Of a stretch of 34,705 bases of DNA, positions 1 to 10,500 are shown piece after piece. Under the pieces are notes generated by a model, which ran no database searches, had not been told where the DNA came from, and saw only the letters and a program-made list of their open reading frames with translations. A program made the position numbers and the translations under genes. How positions within the stretch are numbered: position 1 is the first letter of the stretch; each line of letters opens with the position of its first letter. The DNA comes from a virus (lineage: Duplodnaviria > Caudoviricetes), in the IMG/VR virus record IMGVR_UViG_3300022178_003189, positions 1-34,705 of that record. One strand, written 5' to 3'.

Positions 1-1308
1 ACTGTTCCCGTTGAGATGTATATCATATAGGCCTGTTATAGGGCCTTCCGCTATCGCGTAGCATGAGTGTACTTCCGTAGACTCGTGGTTTCTAGTATCT
101 ACGAAGAAGGGTATAGTATCTACTCTCTGTACTCCATATACTACAGGTAGATATTTGGCTTGCAAGTTGAACTTAAGATCTAGTTCGGTAGGTACATCGT
201 ACTCTACTTCTTTAGTATCTACGTCGCTAACCCCTCCATACCAGTTTTTATCTACGTCAACTTCTACTCGAGTTTCAGTTTTCTGGTATACTGCTGTAAG
301 ATTTACTGACGTGGTTGCGTGTGCAAAACCTAAATCGTCTGCATAAGCTTCCCGTATGGCAGCTTCCCTGTCTGGCAAACCGTCAGCGTTTACAGCTCTA
401 TGTGATGTATCTTCCGTTCTTCGTCCTTGTACTCTATTAAAGTCCGCCCAATGACTGGCTGCAGTCCACGTAATAGTAGAGGACCCAGGTCCATCGGTTA
501 GAGCAGCTTTAGATATGATCCCTCGAAAAGTTAATATACCGCCCTGAACACTACCGGGACTATTATTTGCTCCTCCGATTATACTTCCTGCTGAAATAGT
601 GTCGCCATTAGATAAAGTAGTAAACTCTGGAGCAATAAATACTTTATGTACGTAAACTTCTCGATTAATATAGCTAGTATACGAGGTAACTTCTTTGGCT
701 GTTGTAAGGGCGGTTAGTTCTTCGGACGTAAGATCAATACTGGTGACATCAGCAGAGGCTGACAGTGATATTTCAGGCATTGTAGTAGCTGCAGTATAGG
801 TAAACCCGTTGCCTCCGTTTATAAATGTCCTAATTATGACAGATACACCGTCAAAGCTGCTATTACTTGACCTAATTGTCGCTTTATCCCCTTCTCTAAA
901 TCCAAGCTCTACAAAGTTAGTAACCCCGGTGGCGTTTAGTGTACCAGTGCCACCCTCTGTAGTCGATACAGTAATAAAACGAGGCTCAATCGCTTGAGAG
1001 TCCAAAGTAGAGGAATCGAGTACTATATTAATACTCGATGCTTTCGCCTTTATAGTCTCGTTTACAGAACCAGCTTTAACAAGCTTGTTTGCTCTATATA
1101 CTTGAGGTCCATTACCATCGCCATCATCAAACACGATATCATAAGGTGCGTCTGATATATAAGTATAGTTTTTAGAGTCTGTAGAAGCTACTCCCAAATA
1201 TTGAGATACTTTTGTAGGTCGCTCAAACTTTAATAAGTGAGCATACGTAAAAGGCACATTATCAATAAGTGCCTGTTTTAGTGTTGCATTAATTTCTCTA
1301 AGTGCCAT
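1..1308 (-). CDS. Baseplate hub protein (T5 pb3-like), N-terminal part; runs off the window edge
   Basis: Not in the ORF track because there is no stop in the window. ATG at 1306-1308 overlaps the upstream stop (TAATG). The frame is open to base 1: MALREINATLKQALIDNVPFTYAHLLKFERP...TWTAASHWADFNRVQGRRTED...FNLQAKYLPVVYGVQRVD...CYAIAEGPI. These motifs and the position after the distal tail gene match T5 pb3. Confidence 0.88.
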   Translation of the reverse strand, partial: MALREINATLKQALIDNVPFTYAHLLKFERPTKVSQYLGVASTDSKNYTYISDAPYDIVFDDGDGNGPQVYRANKLVKAGSVNETIKAKASSINIVLDSSTLDSQAIEPRFITVSTTEGGTGTLNATGVTNFVELGFREGDKATIRSSNSSFDGVSVIIRTFINGGNGFTYTAATTMPEISLSASADVTSIDLTSEELTALTTAKEVTSYTSYINREVYVHKVFIAPEFTTLSNGDTISAGSIIGGANNSPGSVQGGILTFRGIISKAALTDGPGSSTITWTAASHWADFNRVQGRRTEDTSHRAVNADGLPDREAAIREAYADDLGFAHATTSVNLTAVYQKTETRVEVDVDKNWYGGVSDVDTKEVEYDVPTELDLKFNLQAKYLPVVYGVQRVDTIPFFVDTRNHESTEVHSCYAIAEGPITGLYDIHLNGNS

Positions 1309-2048
1309 TACGGTTGGGCCTCCTCTAAGCTAAGGGATAGTTTGTATAGGTTATTAACATCTAGGCTGTAGCCTATATCTTTGTTTTTATTGATTACTCG
1401 GAACTTTACATCTGTAAAATCCACAGTGGTGGTCGATGATTGTACAGATCTCTGCAAAGGCGGAGTAAAGCTAATTCTAACCTGAGCTGTGGTAGGCTGA
1501 GTAGCTGCCGAATAATCAGAATTGGTCTCTACTCTAGTAACCATATATACTTTTAGATGATTGGTATCGTTGGTATCTGTTATAGTAAAAATGTCACCTG
1601 GAGAAGGTGCTTTATGAGTTACAATTGCAAACGTAGTACCAGACTTAGTATCTAACATAAATGTATCTTTACCCGCCGCTACATTAGCAGTAGGCTTCAA
1701 AGCGCTAGTAGCTAGGTAAGTAGCAAAAGTACTATCTTGGGGTGCTGTATACTGAGGCAAGGACACAAAAAAGTGAGAAGTAGCACCTTTCTTTTGAAGA
1801 AGAAAAGCGTGCATAGGCTCAAACTCGGCACGAGTAAGTGGGTTGTAGCTTATGCTTATATCCCACTTATGCCCTGCTATATTACGAACAATTGCTCGCC
1901 CAGAGTTAGTTCTAGTAGTCATACTGGGTAGTACTGATTTTAGAGACACGGAAGCATACCCAGGTCCATTGACAGGAAGCGTTCCAGTGCTAGCCCCCGC
2001 GTGGGTTATTGGGTTATTCGGATCCGGTAGTACATGTGTAAATGCCAT
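1308..2048 (-). CDS. Distal tail protein (Dit, T5 pb9-like)
   Basis: 246 aa with LPDPNNP, PGYASVSL, KWDISISYNPLTRAEFEP and KVYMVT..PPL motifs. Lies between the tape measure and hub genes. Confidence 0.85.
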   Translation of the reverse strand: MAFTHVLPDPNNPITHAGASTGTLPVNGPGYASVSLKSVLPSMTTRTNSGRAIVRNIAGHKWDISISYNPLTRAEFEPMHAFLLQKKGATSHFFVSLPQYTAPQDSTFATYLATSALKPTANVAAGKDTFMLDTKSGTTFAIVTHKAPSPGDIFTITDTNDTNHLKVYMVTRVETNSDYSAATQPTTAQVRISFTPPLQRSVQSSTTTVDFTDVKFRVINKNKDIGYSLDVNNLYKLSLSLEEAQP

Positions 2049-5000
2049 TAGATTGTTGCTCCTTCACTCGCAGTATCCACGTTCTCTAGGAATGTGTCTC
2101 CTACTTGGTTTGCTGATTCTCTTATCATTGCTATTATATTTGCTCTCTGTCTTATTAATACATCTTCTACACCTGCTGAATCCATCGCTGAGATATTAAA
2201 ACTTACATTAGACCCCGCTCCGCCTGCTGCTGCAGTATCTCCTGCAGGTACAATTGTTCCTGGTGTGTCAGGCATAAATAGTTCAGGTCCTTGCTCTCCT
2301 ACCATGAACCCTGTGCTACCGCCGGCTGCTCTGTAACGAGCTCCAGTAAATGCAGGCTTAAAGTTGTTAGCATTTCCTAAACCTTCTCGACCGCGAGCAT
2401 ATCCTAACTCACCTACAGCACTCTGCGACTTCGATAGATCTACTGAATTTGATCTTTCTCCTTGAGAGACAGAGCTTGGACCTGCAGCTGCTCCTCCTGC
2501 AGATGCGGCACTACCACCACCTTCGTACGTAGTTGACTTAACAGCGGCCAATTGTGCCATACCCATAGCTAAGTTAATTGCTGACCAAGGCAGACCAAAA
2601 GTCAGAGGGCTTGCGGCGATCGAACCTGCTACTGCTTGAGCAGTAGATATAATTATGGAAGCCATCTTCATCTTCTTCTCTTTCTCAAAAGCTTTCTTTT
2701 TAATAGAATCTTTTTTCTTTTCTAGAGCCGCTATTTTTGCTAGACTTTGTTTTGATTTTCCGTCACGCTTTCTTTCTGCAGCAATTTCTTTATCTACACC
2801 TGCTACCTTAGCTTTCGCCTGCGCTGCAAATATGCCCGACATTGCGGTAACTGCTGTAGCAGCTACCGATAAACCTTCTGACATACTAATTTTTCCGTCT
2901 TCCATTGCGGTTTGCATGGTTTCGCCTAAAGTAAGGAAGCCACTTATAGCGGTGCTCATGAACTCTCCCTCTGGACCCATTTTGGCTAACTCTTCATTCA
3001 TAGGGCTTACGAAATCTGCTAACTGAGAAAAACTTTCCAGTTCTACTTTCTTCTCCTTACCTTCTCCGGTACTTTCCATGCCGCCCAATACTGCGGTAGT
3101 CTGCGCTGCAGCTCCTGACAAAGCTCCTTCGGTACTCTTTATTTTTTCTATTTCGGCTAACTTGGTTTTTATAGCTAACTCTTCTCTCAGGTTTATTAGC
3201 TCTTGTTGCTTGACAGGATCTTTTTCGGCAATAATCTTTGCTTCTAATATCTTTTGGTCTAGTAAGGTTTGAGCTAAAGTAATCTGTGCACTGACTATTT
3301 TATTTCTCTCCGTCCCTAAAAAGCCTGCATATGTGTTTGAGACATTGAGTGCCTTCTGTGCAGCTTCAATTGCTATTAAGTCATTTATGTATTCCTTGGT
3401 ATTTACATTCTCTCCTAACGCTTCACTGAACTTACTTAGTGCTTCAGAGGCGAAAGCAGAGTCTGGGCCAAGAGCTTTACCTGCTGCTACTGCTACACCA
3501 TTAGCCTCTGTCTCTAGCGCCTGTAAAGAGACTCGAGCTTTCATTAGATCGCCAGAACCAATATTTTGCCTAATGTTAGAGATAGAATCATCTAGTGCTC
3601 TCATTCCGCTTGTTGCAGCTTGAGAAGCTAGCTCTAATCTTTGGACTTCTGAGGTGTCTCCACTCTTTAAGGCGTCCCCTACTTTCGAGCTTACCTTGCC
3701 TACTTGAGAGAACTTAGACTGAACAGCCGCCATCTTTGTAGGGTCGCCACCTGCAGAGGCCATAGCGTCTCCTATTCCTAGGCTACCTATGGCGTTGAGA
3801 GCAACTGATTCTCTGTTTAAACCATTCTTTGTTTTTAGCTTTCCTATGATACTATCTAGATCTTCTTTCATCACATCTAATGTCTCATTAAATGCTTCTT
3901 GTTCTTCTTTTGCCACTCTTGTAGCTGTTGCAGTATCTTCCATGTTCTTTAAGAAACCGCCTATCGAGGACTTCTCAAAAGAACCAGATAGATCGGATAC
4001 CATTTGAATACCGTCTTCCATGCTTTTTGGAAGCAAGAATTTAGGTATAGAACTAACTATCTTATTGAAACCGGCTATAACCCCGTTGATGATAAAATCA
4101 ATACCGCTTAGTATCTTTTTGACCAAAGTAAATGGAGCTTCCATTATCTTTTGCCCTATTTCCCACACCATCATAAGTGCGCCGATAATACCTGCCATTT
4201 TCATAGCTTTGCCTACCATCTTGCCAGTGAATTGAGCTGTCCTACCTATGGCGCGTAGTGCTCCCGTTCCTGCTCTTTTTGTCTGTAGCCACATTTTCTT
4301 TACTACTAAACCTGTGCGCTTGAACTGTTTCTGTATAGAGAAGTTCGTTTTCTTAGAGTACCGAACTTGCTGCTTTAAAGCTCTTCGCATGATTTGTATA
4401 TCTTTCATACTTGCTTTTTTGAGAATTTTAGACTTAATCTCTCCATGCTTCTTAAAGTCATCTTCCGCGCGCTTAAGCATCGCACGAGTCTGCCCTATCT
4501 GAGCTTTGGACATTTTGTCCCCACCAGCAAGCTTACCTATTAAACCACCTTTAATGCCGGTTCTTTTAGCGGCATTTCTGGCAATCTTATTGGCTCTTTT
4601 CTGTTGATCACCTGTCTTCTTTATCTCTCTGGTGACATTGGCGAGATTAGCTTTTGTACTATCCAACGCTGCTTGTTGCCCTTCATCGAATTCTTTAAAC
4701 TTATTTTTAACCCCGTCCAGAGGTACCATCATTTTGAATATACCAATACCTAAAGCACCGAAAACGGTGACAGCAGCTACTGCGTTACTAGAGATTATAT
4801 TGGCCATGCCCTCGAAAAGAGGTAGAACCATTTGAGTACCTGTTTTTGCCAAATCCTCAAAGGTTTTTGACAGGCGTATGAATGCGTTTGTTTGTGCGGG
4901 GACTTTACCAAACAGTTGATCTGCTTGTTTCATTGTCTCTAAATAAATGGCTTGTGAGCGTTGTGTATCTGTCAAAGAATCTGCAGTAGTATTTAAAGAA

Positions 5001-5650
5001 GCCGCATAGCTCTCCGTAGCTGTTTTGAGTCTTAAAGTAATACCCAATTCATCTAGTAATTCTGGTTCCGCTTTAGATACACCTCTTAGTAGTCTATCGA
5101 AAGAATCCCCAAAATCTCTACCAAGAGCAGTAGATGCTTTGCGAGCGGCTACAGCTAAGTTATCTAACTGTTTAGGAGAGAAACCTTTGGCTAAGCCAAT
5201 ACCTGCAGCTTGAGCAGCTTCTTTAAACCCTAGCATGCCGTCACTGGCATTGCGAAGCCTATCGGTTACACTTCCTAGTGCTACACCTGTATTTGCTGCA
5301 TAAGATATTTGAGACTTCTCTAGGTTAGATACGTCTGCTGCGTTTTTAAAGAAATTAAATGCGGCGCTAAGGGCGAACACGTTAGCGGCAAGAGTTGCGT
5401 ATGCACCTACTAAAGAGGAGCTGCCCCCATTGATAGTCTGTGCTTGTTTGGCGAATCCCTTAGTAGAATTACTAGTAGCTCCCGAGACACCTTTTTCTTG
5501 TTTGTGGTAGCCTCTTCGTTTCTTACTAAGTTTTTCGGTGGAAGTGGCGAGCTTATCTGTTGCCTTGGAAGCTTTTTTAGCTTCACCGGATATAACAGAT
5601 AAGTCCCCATTATCATCAATCTTTATGCGTATTTTTACTTCGCTTCCCAC
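2048..5650 (-). CDS. Tape measure protein (T5 pb2-like)
   Basis: 1200 aa, Ala-rich and helical. N-terminal LVGAYATLAANVFALSAAF and GVSKAEPELLDELGITLRL, hydrophobic central segments, C-terminal AAGG..FMVGEQGPELFMP motif. GTG start. Confidence 0.95.
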   Translation of the reverse strand: MGSEVKIRIKIDDNGDLSVISGEAKKASKATDKLATSTEKLSKKRRGYHKQEKGVSGATSNSTKGFAKQAQTINGGSSSLVGAYATLAANVFALSAAFNFFKNAADVSNLEKSQISYAANTGVALGSVTDRLRNASDGMLGFKEAAQAAGIGLAKGFSPKQLDNLAVAARKASTALGRDFGDSFDRLLRGVSKAEPELLDELGITLRLKTATESYAASLNTTADSLTDTQRSQAIYLETMKQADQLFGKVPAQTNAFIRLSKTFEDLAKTGTQMVLPLFEGMANIISSNAVAAVTVFGALGIGIFKMMVPLDGVKNKFKEFDEGQQAALDSTKANLANVTREIKKTGDQQKRANKIARNAAKRTGIKGGLIGKLAGGDKMSKAQIGQTRAMLKRAEDDFKKHGEIKSKILKKASMKDIQIMRRALKQQVRYSKKTNFSIQKQFKRTGLVVKKMWLQTKRAGTGALRAIGRTAQFTGKMVGKAMKMAGIIGALMMVWEIGQKIMEAPFTLVKKILSGIDFIINGVIAGFNKIVSSIPKFLLPKSMEDGIQMVSDLSGSFEKSSIGGFLKNMEDTATATRVAKEEQEAFNETLDVMKEDLDSIIGKLKTKNGLNRESVALNAIGSLGIGDAMASAGGDPTKMAAVQSKFSQVGKVSSKVGDALKSGDTSEVQRLELASQAATSGMRALDDSISNIRQNIGSGDLMKARVSLQALETEANGVAVAAGKALGPDSAFASEALSKFSEALGENVNTKEYINDLIAIEAAQKALNVSNTYAGFLGTERNKIVSAQITLAQTLLDQKILEAKIIAEKDPVKQQELINLREELAIKTKLAEIEKIKSTEGALSGAAAQTTAVLGGMESTGEGKEKKVELESFSQLADFVSPMNEELAKMGPEGEFMSTAISGFLTLGETMQTAMEDGKISMSEGLSVAATAVTAMSGIFAAQAKAKVAGVDKEIAAERKRDGKSKQSLAKIAALEKKKDSIKKKAFEKEKKMKMASIIISTAQAVAGSIAASPLTFGLPWSAINLAMGMAQLAAVKSTTYEGGGSAASAGGAAAGPSSVSQGERSNSVDLSKSQSAVGELGYARGREGLGNANNFKPAFTGARYRAAGGSTGFMVGEQGPELFMPDTPGTIVPAGDTAAAGGAGSNVSFNISAMDSAGVEDVLIRQRANIIAMIRESANQVGDTFLENVDTASEGATI

Positions 5651-5651
5651 G

Positions 5652-6014
5652 TTATTTTCTCTTTAGCTTATCCCTTTCACGCTTCATATACTCTGCGGAT
5701 TGGTTTATAGCTCTTGAGTCTAACCAGTTTATAAGTTCCAGGAAGAGCTCAGTATCTTCTATTTCGTACGCTTTAATCAATTCTGTTAGGTTGGAGTAGT
5801 CCTTCCCTAAATACCCTATATCAGCTACGAGTCTGTCCCCTAACATATTGAATATGCTTATGCTTATCTGCACTATGTTAGGTAGATCTTTCCACTCTAC
5901 GGGTATTTTTTGAGGGTCGGGCTCCGTACCCATTTGTTCGCAGATCTCAAAGTATTTATCTGCTGTTACTTTTGCTTCGGCGTTGTTAAAGAACTTAGTC
6001 AGCCGTTCCCACAA
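5652..6014 (-). CDS. Tail assembly chaperone, downstream (T-like) part
   Basis: 120 aa with YFEICEQMGTEPDP and FNMLGDR..GYLGKD motifs. Immediately upstream of the tape measure gene and overlaps the preceding chaperone in the +1 frame. Confidence 0.8.
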   Translation of the reverse strand: MWERLTKFFNNAEAKVTADKYFEICEQMGTEPDPQKIPVEWKDLPNIVQISISIFNMLGDRLVADIGYLGKDYSNLTELIKAYEIEDTELFLELINWLDSRAINQSAEYMKRERDKLKRK

Positions 6015-6429
6015 CTCCTCCTTCTCCGACTGTACGAAAGTTGTCTAAATCAAAGACTACCTCGTTGAGCCATCCATCAAATTCCGCTGATTGACTTACT
6101 AAGATTTCTGCATTTTCTACAGAGAAATCTAACTCTTGTGATAAATCTACTCCCTCGGTTTCGATAAGAATCAAAGTCTCTAGATGCTCTAGTGTGAGAC
6201 CTTTCCAGTTCTTGATAACTGCTTGAGTGAAGTACTGTACAAACTTCTCTTCATCAAGTACTTCTTCCATTTGACGAGTTTTACGGTCGAGCTTTTGGCT
6301 AACACATCTCTTACGTAAGTTTTGAAGTTCTTTACGAGAAAGATTAACTACTTCTACTTCGAATCCTGTTAGTCCTGGGAATTCTACCCATGCTGATTTG
6401 CTGTCTATGATTAAATTTTTCAGTTGCAT
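5995..6429 (-). CDS. Tail assembly chaperone (G-like)
   Basis: 144 aa with VEFPGL.GF, IKNWKGLT and terminal LDNFR motifs. AGGAGG RBS upstream. Canonical position between tube and tape measure genes. Confidence 0.85.
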   Translation of the reverse strand: MQLKNLIIDSKSAWVEFPGLTGFEVEVVNLSRKELQNLRKRCVSQKLDRKTRQMEEVLDEEKFVQYFTQAVIKNWKGLTLEHLETLILIETEGVDLSQELDFSVENAEILVSQSAEFDGWLNEVVFDLDNFRTVGEGGVVGTAD

Positions 6430-6441
6430 TTAAAAGCCTCC

Positions 6442-7464
6442 TTAGGCTGTTGTGTATGTTAAGTAATTGGTAAAAGTGTCTGCATTACTTGCCAGTCTCC
6501 AGTCATATTGATTTGTCACAACAGAACCTGGAGAAACTCTGCTTGTGAAGTTAATTGGTGCTTCTAATTTTATGCCGTAGTTCGCGGAACCTATTCTACT
6601 ATATAATATAGCTTGTAGTGTGGCACCTTGTGAGTAAGTAAGAACAGGTGCTGTAGCGTAGTAGGTCACACTCCCTGCGATATTTCTATTACTAAGGGAG
6701 AATCCAGAAGGATATTGAACATTGGTGCCGGGCGTTACGGCATCTACTTCTGTTAATGCTTTATGCACCGTCTGATAGCCTGTCCAGCTTACAGCATTCT
6801 GTAGTTCCATGTTTATAGATGCCGCATGCTCACTTCTATTATGTCCTGTAGCGCTATAGCTAGGTCCGAAGTAATGATCAGTAAGCGGAAGAAAACTTCT
6901 AGTAGCGGATCGAGCAACTACATTGGCAGTAGTAAAAGTGGGTATAGTCGAAAGCGCACTAAAGGCTGCACTTATATTACCTAGACTGTCTACTATCTTG
7001 CCTCCGTTTATGGAGGTTGTGGTGGCCAGACTGTTTATAGAAAGTTTTGTTCCTTGACCACTTAACTCTAAAGATATAGGTGCGCTATTTGATGCAGTAA
7101 AGTTACCGCTAGTAAGTACACAATCTTCTATGGAATATACTACTGCGTCAATTATAAAAAATAAGTTGAAAGTATTTAAGGTATGCTCTGTATTTAAGTC
7201 TACTAATAAATTGAATACTACATCAAAGTCAGATTCTTTAAGTAATGGTATAGTAAAACCAAAATCAGCTGGGTTTGCCTTGGAGATAGAGCCCGCCTGT
7301 ACAAGGCTAGAAAGACTATGTAGTGTCTTTTGTTTGTATGTGTGTTCGGTAAAAGTCTGAGAGAAAGATATCCCATCAGGAGTTATATCTAACTTATACG
7401 TATCAGTTCCCACAGTAGGCTGCAAGTAAACATCTGCATTCTCTAAAAACTGATAAATATCCAC
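6442..7464 (-). CDS. Baseplate tube / minor tail protein (T5 p140-like)
   Basis: 340 aa with a tube-protein-like N-terminus (ISFSQTFTE...KTLH...ANPADFGFTI) and C-terminal YDWRL. Syntenic with T5 p140. Confidence 0.8.
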   Translation of the reverse strand: MDIYQFLENADVYLQPTVGTDTYKLDITPDGISFSQTFTEHTYKQKTLHSLSSLVQAGSISKANPADFGFTIPLLKESDFDVVFNLLVDLNTEHTLNTFNLFFIIDAVVYSIEDCVLTSGNFTASNSAPISLELSGQGTKLSINSLATTTSINGGKIVDSLGNISAAFSALSTIPTFTTANVVARSATRSFLPLTDHYFGPSYSATGHNRSEHAASINMELQNAVSWTGYQTVHKALTEVDAVTPGTNVQYPSGFSLSNRNIAGSVTYYATAPVLTYSQGATLQAILYSRIGSANYGIKLEAPINFTSRVSPGSVVTNQYDWRLASNADTFTNYLTYTTA

Positions 7465-7512
7465 ACTGACTCCAGATCCCGGCCTAGGGCCTGTTCATAA
7501 TTTCTTCTGTAT

Positions 7513-7541
7513 AGTATATGATAAACAACCTATCATGTCAA
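7513..7541 (-). promoter_or_regulatory. sigma70 promoter for the p140-chaperone-TMP-baseplate operon
   Basis: TTGACA-17 bp-TATACT on the minus strand with an A/T-rich UP region. Confidence 0.8.
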
Positions 7542-7557
7542 GATTTATTTTTAGGTA

Positions 7558-10500
7558 CTAGGTTATCGATGATGATCTATACGTTAATTTTACGATGTCA
7601 GTGTCGTTGGATAAAAGTGGCTGAGTATCTTCTGCAGAGAAGGATACAGAAAAGGATGCTATATCTCCGCCTGATATTTCGGGATTGACTAGAGTGACCT
7701 TAGGCATCTCGAACTTCAGTCTATTTGTACTAGGTGCGAATCCTCCCATATCAATGGTCAACGGAAGAATCTCTATGGTATCATCAAACAAAGAAGAGAT
7801 AAACTCTTTAGTGTCTAAACCATTGTCGTCCATTATGTAGCCAGAGAAACTTCCGGATACTTGTAGAGACCCCGAAGTGAAACCGATAGGGCGATCTTTC
7901 TCTTTTAGCAAAGGATAAGTTATAGGCATTAACCCGTTGTTTATGCTAACACTTGCTGCAGTAATAGGGAAGTTTACGCCAGTTCTGAATGTAGCTACAT
8001 ATCCATGATCATTTCCCGCTAATCCCGGTACTTCACCAATTCTAGATCCACCTGCAATATGTCCATTGCTTACTGCTAATGAGTGTCCAAAAGCATCGGC
8101 ATCGGCCAACTTGGAAGGGTGAAACGTACGTCCTTCAGACCAAGATTTTCCGTAATCAGTAGAGTTCCAAATGTATCCGAGGCCTGCAGAATTTATTCCG
8201 TTGGTGTCGAACGTATGACCGCCTGCCACAATAGTAACATTCTTACCGTTCTCAGACGTGTCCATATCTACAGGCAGTCCGAAATAATCATTAACCTCTA
8301 AATCAGCAAAGTCTACAGTTAGTGGAAGCAGAGTAGTTACATGATTAAATACGCCTAATGTCGAAGTAGTATTATAGACAAATACACCTCCTGTGTTACT
8401 TAAGCCATTCAGTACATCTAGTCCGTGCTCTCCAATGATCATGGTACCTTCTGCAAGCTTGACTTGGCGACCTCCTTGAGATGCTCCGGTAGGCAAGTAT
8501 TTTCTCTCTGCTAGCGACCAGTCTTTTCCATTATTTGTGGATTTGAAGGAGTAGTAAGTACCGGCACCTTCTCCAGAAGCACATACTATAGCCACTCCGT
8601 CATATATAGCTACTCCTCTACCGAAATAATCGTGTGCTGCACTGGTGCCGCCATGATCTGACCCAACTAAATGCTCTCTCTTAGTCCACAACGCTCCTTC
8701 TCTTCTATAAATAGCGGCGCTGCCTGCTTTGTCGTTGCCTGTAGAAGTATTATCTAGCCAGCAACCTACAATAAGCATGTTGTGATATAAAGACACGTCC
8801 CTGCCAAATTCTAGGTACGTGTCACCGGTAGCGGTGCCTGTAGGGTCTATAATTGCTTCTTGCTGCCACAGGTCTGCTTTTAAGGAGAAGATATTTACAC
8901 GGCCTGTAGTATCTGTACCTCTGCCTTGTTCTCCTATTGCTACCTGCCTACCGCAAGGTGAGATAGAAATTGGACTACCATCATGGGGTCCTCCAAATTG
9001 TGCACTTCCTTCAGGTGAGAAGGAAAATAAAGTCTGTTTAAATACCCAAGCGTTAGTAGCTTCATCAAATTTAAAAACTTGTACTGAGCCTGCATCGCCT
9101 GTGGCAGTATCATCTCCATATGCGGATACCATCAACCAAGGGTACTGCATGTCCATTGCCGCTCCAAAATAATCATGCGATGTAGGCGAATCAGGAAGCA
9201 TGCCACCACGATAAAGAACTTCTTTACTTTCTTGCAGACCAAATTCCATGCTACTAAGTTTATTTACTATGTAGTTATCTGTTAGCGCTAACCCCGTTTT
9301 GTTCTCACACATTGAAGGGTGGAAGGCAGCCTTAAAGAAGTGCCAAGAGTGTATATTCTCGCCTTCAAAAACTAAACTATCATTTACAGATAGACCTAAA
9401 GTAGTACAGTCTATTCGCCCTCTACCCTCCTGGTTCATAACCCAGTTCGTACTAAGACCTACAGCGTGGTTGACCCCGGCTGGAGATAACAAAATAGCAA
9501 AATACCTTTGTCCGTTGATAACTACAGAATCGTAGCTTCTAGGATTGTAGCGGGCATTTAGTGTTATGTAGTCTGCTGTAATGCTGGTCACAGTTCGGGT
9601 AGTAGTAGCTACGCTTAATCCTGTTCGGTTTTCTAGACATCTAGTTAATATATTGCCATTACTCAATGTGAAGCTATAGTTAGTACGACCCATTGCACCG
9701 CCTAAAGATAATGCTTTTTCAGTATCTAACGTATGGGATAACTCCCAAGTTGTTTCGTTTAAGTTGTATTGGTATAGCTTGCCTCTACCGTAATTCGTAT
9801 CGGTAGAGCCCCAACGTGAGTAATCGTCTGAGCCTGCGACTAATAGTGTAGTTCCATCAAAGTCTAGGTGGCGTCCGAAATAATGTTGCGTTGCTGCAAG
9901 AGGAGACGCTATAGTTTGTGTAAGGGACCAAGCTGTTCCATTATGTGTAATTACCAGCACTGCACCGCTATCAAAAAAGCCGGCATGTGAGTCTATGTAG
10001 GCCATGCCAAGCATGACGGTACCGTAAGTTCCGCCCTGGCGGTTATATTTACATATTTCGTTCTGTGATGCTATTGGTTTACTACCGGCCCCGATACTTA
10101 ATGTCTGCTCTAGTGACCAAGTTTCTCCCGCGTCTGATGTAGTGTAAAAATAAAGATTTTTTCTGCTCGGAATAACAATTCTGTCTCCATCTATCTGCAC
10201 ACTTCTTCCGTATTGCGCGTCCGTTCCATCTGTGTTATATAATATAGCCTTTTGCACCCATGCGTTGCTTACAAGCTTCCATACAACTGCTGCACCAATA
10301 TCATCGTTTAAACTATCTCCGGAATCGTGCCCAGATACACCTGTTACTAAATAGTCTCCGCTCATTGCTACTGATTGACCTAGTCTATCATCATCATAGT
10401 CCCCTGAGACTCCGTCATCGTCACCATTATCCTCGTCAAAGTCAGGACTAGAATAAGCCGCTACAAGAGTCCAGACTCCTGCAGCTCTAGTAAAGTAGTA

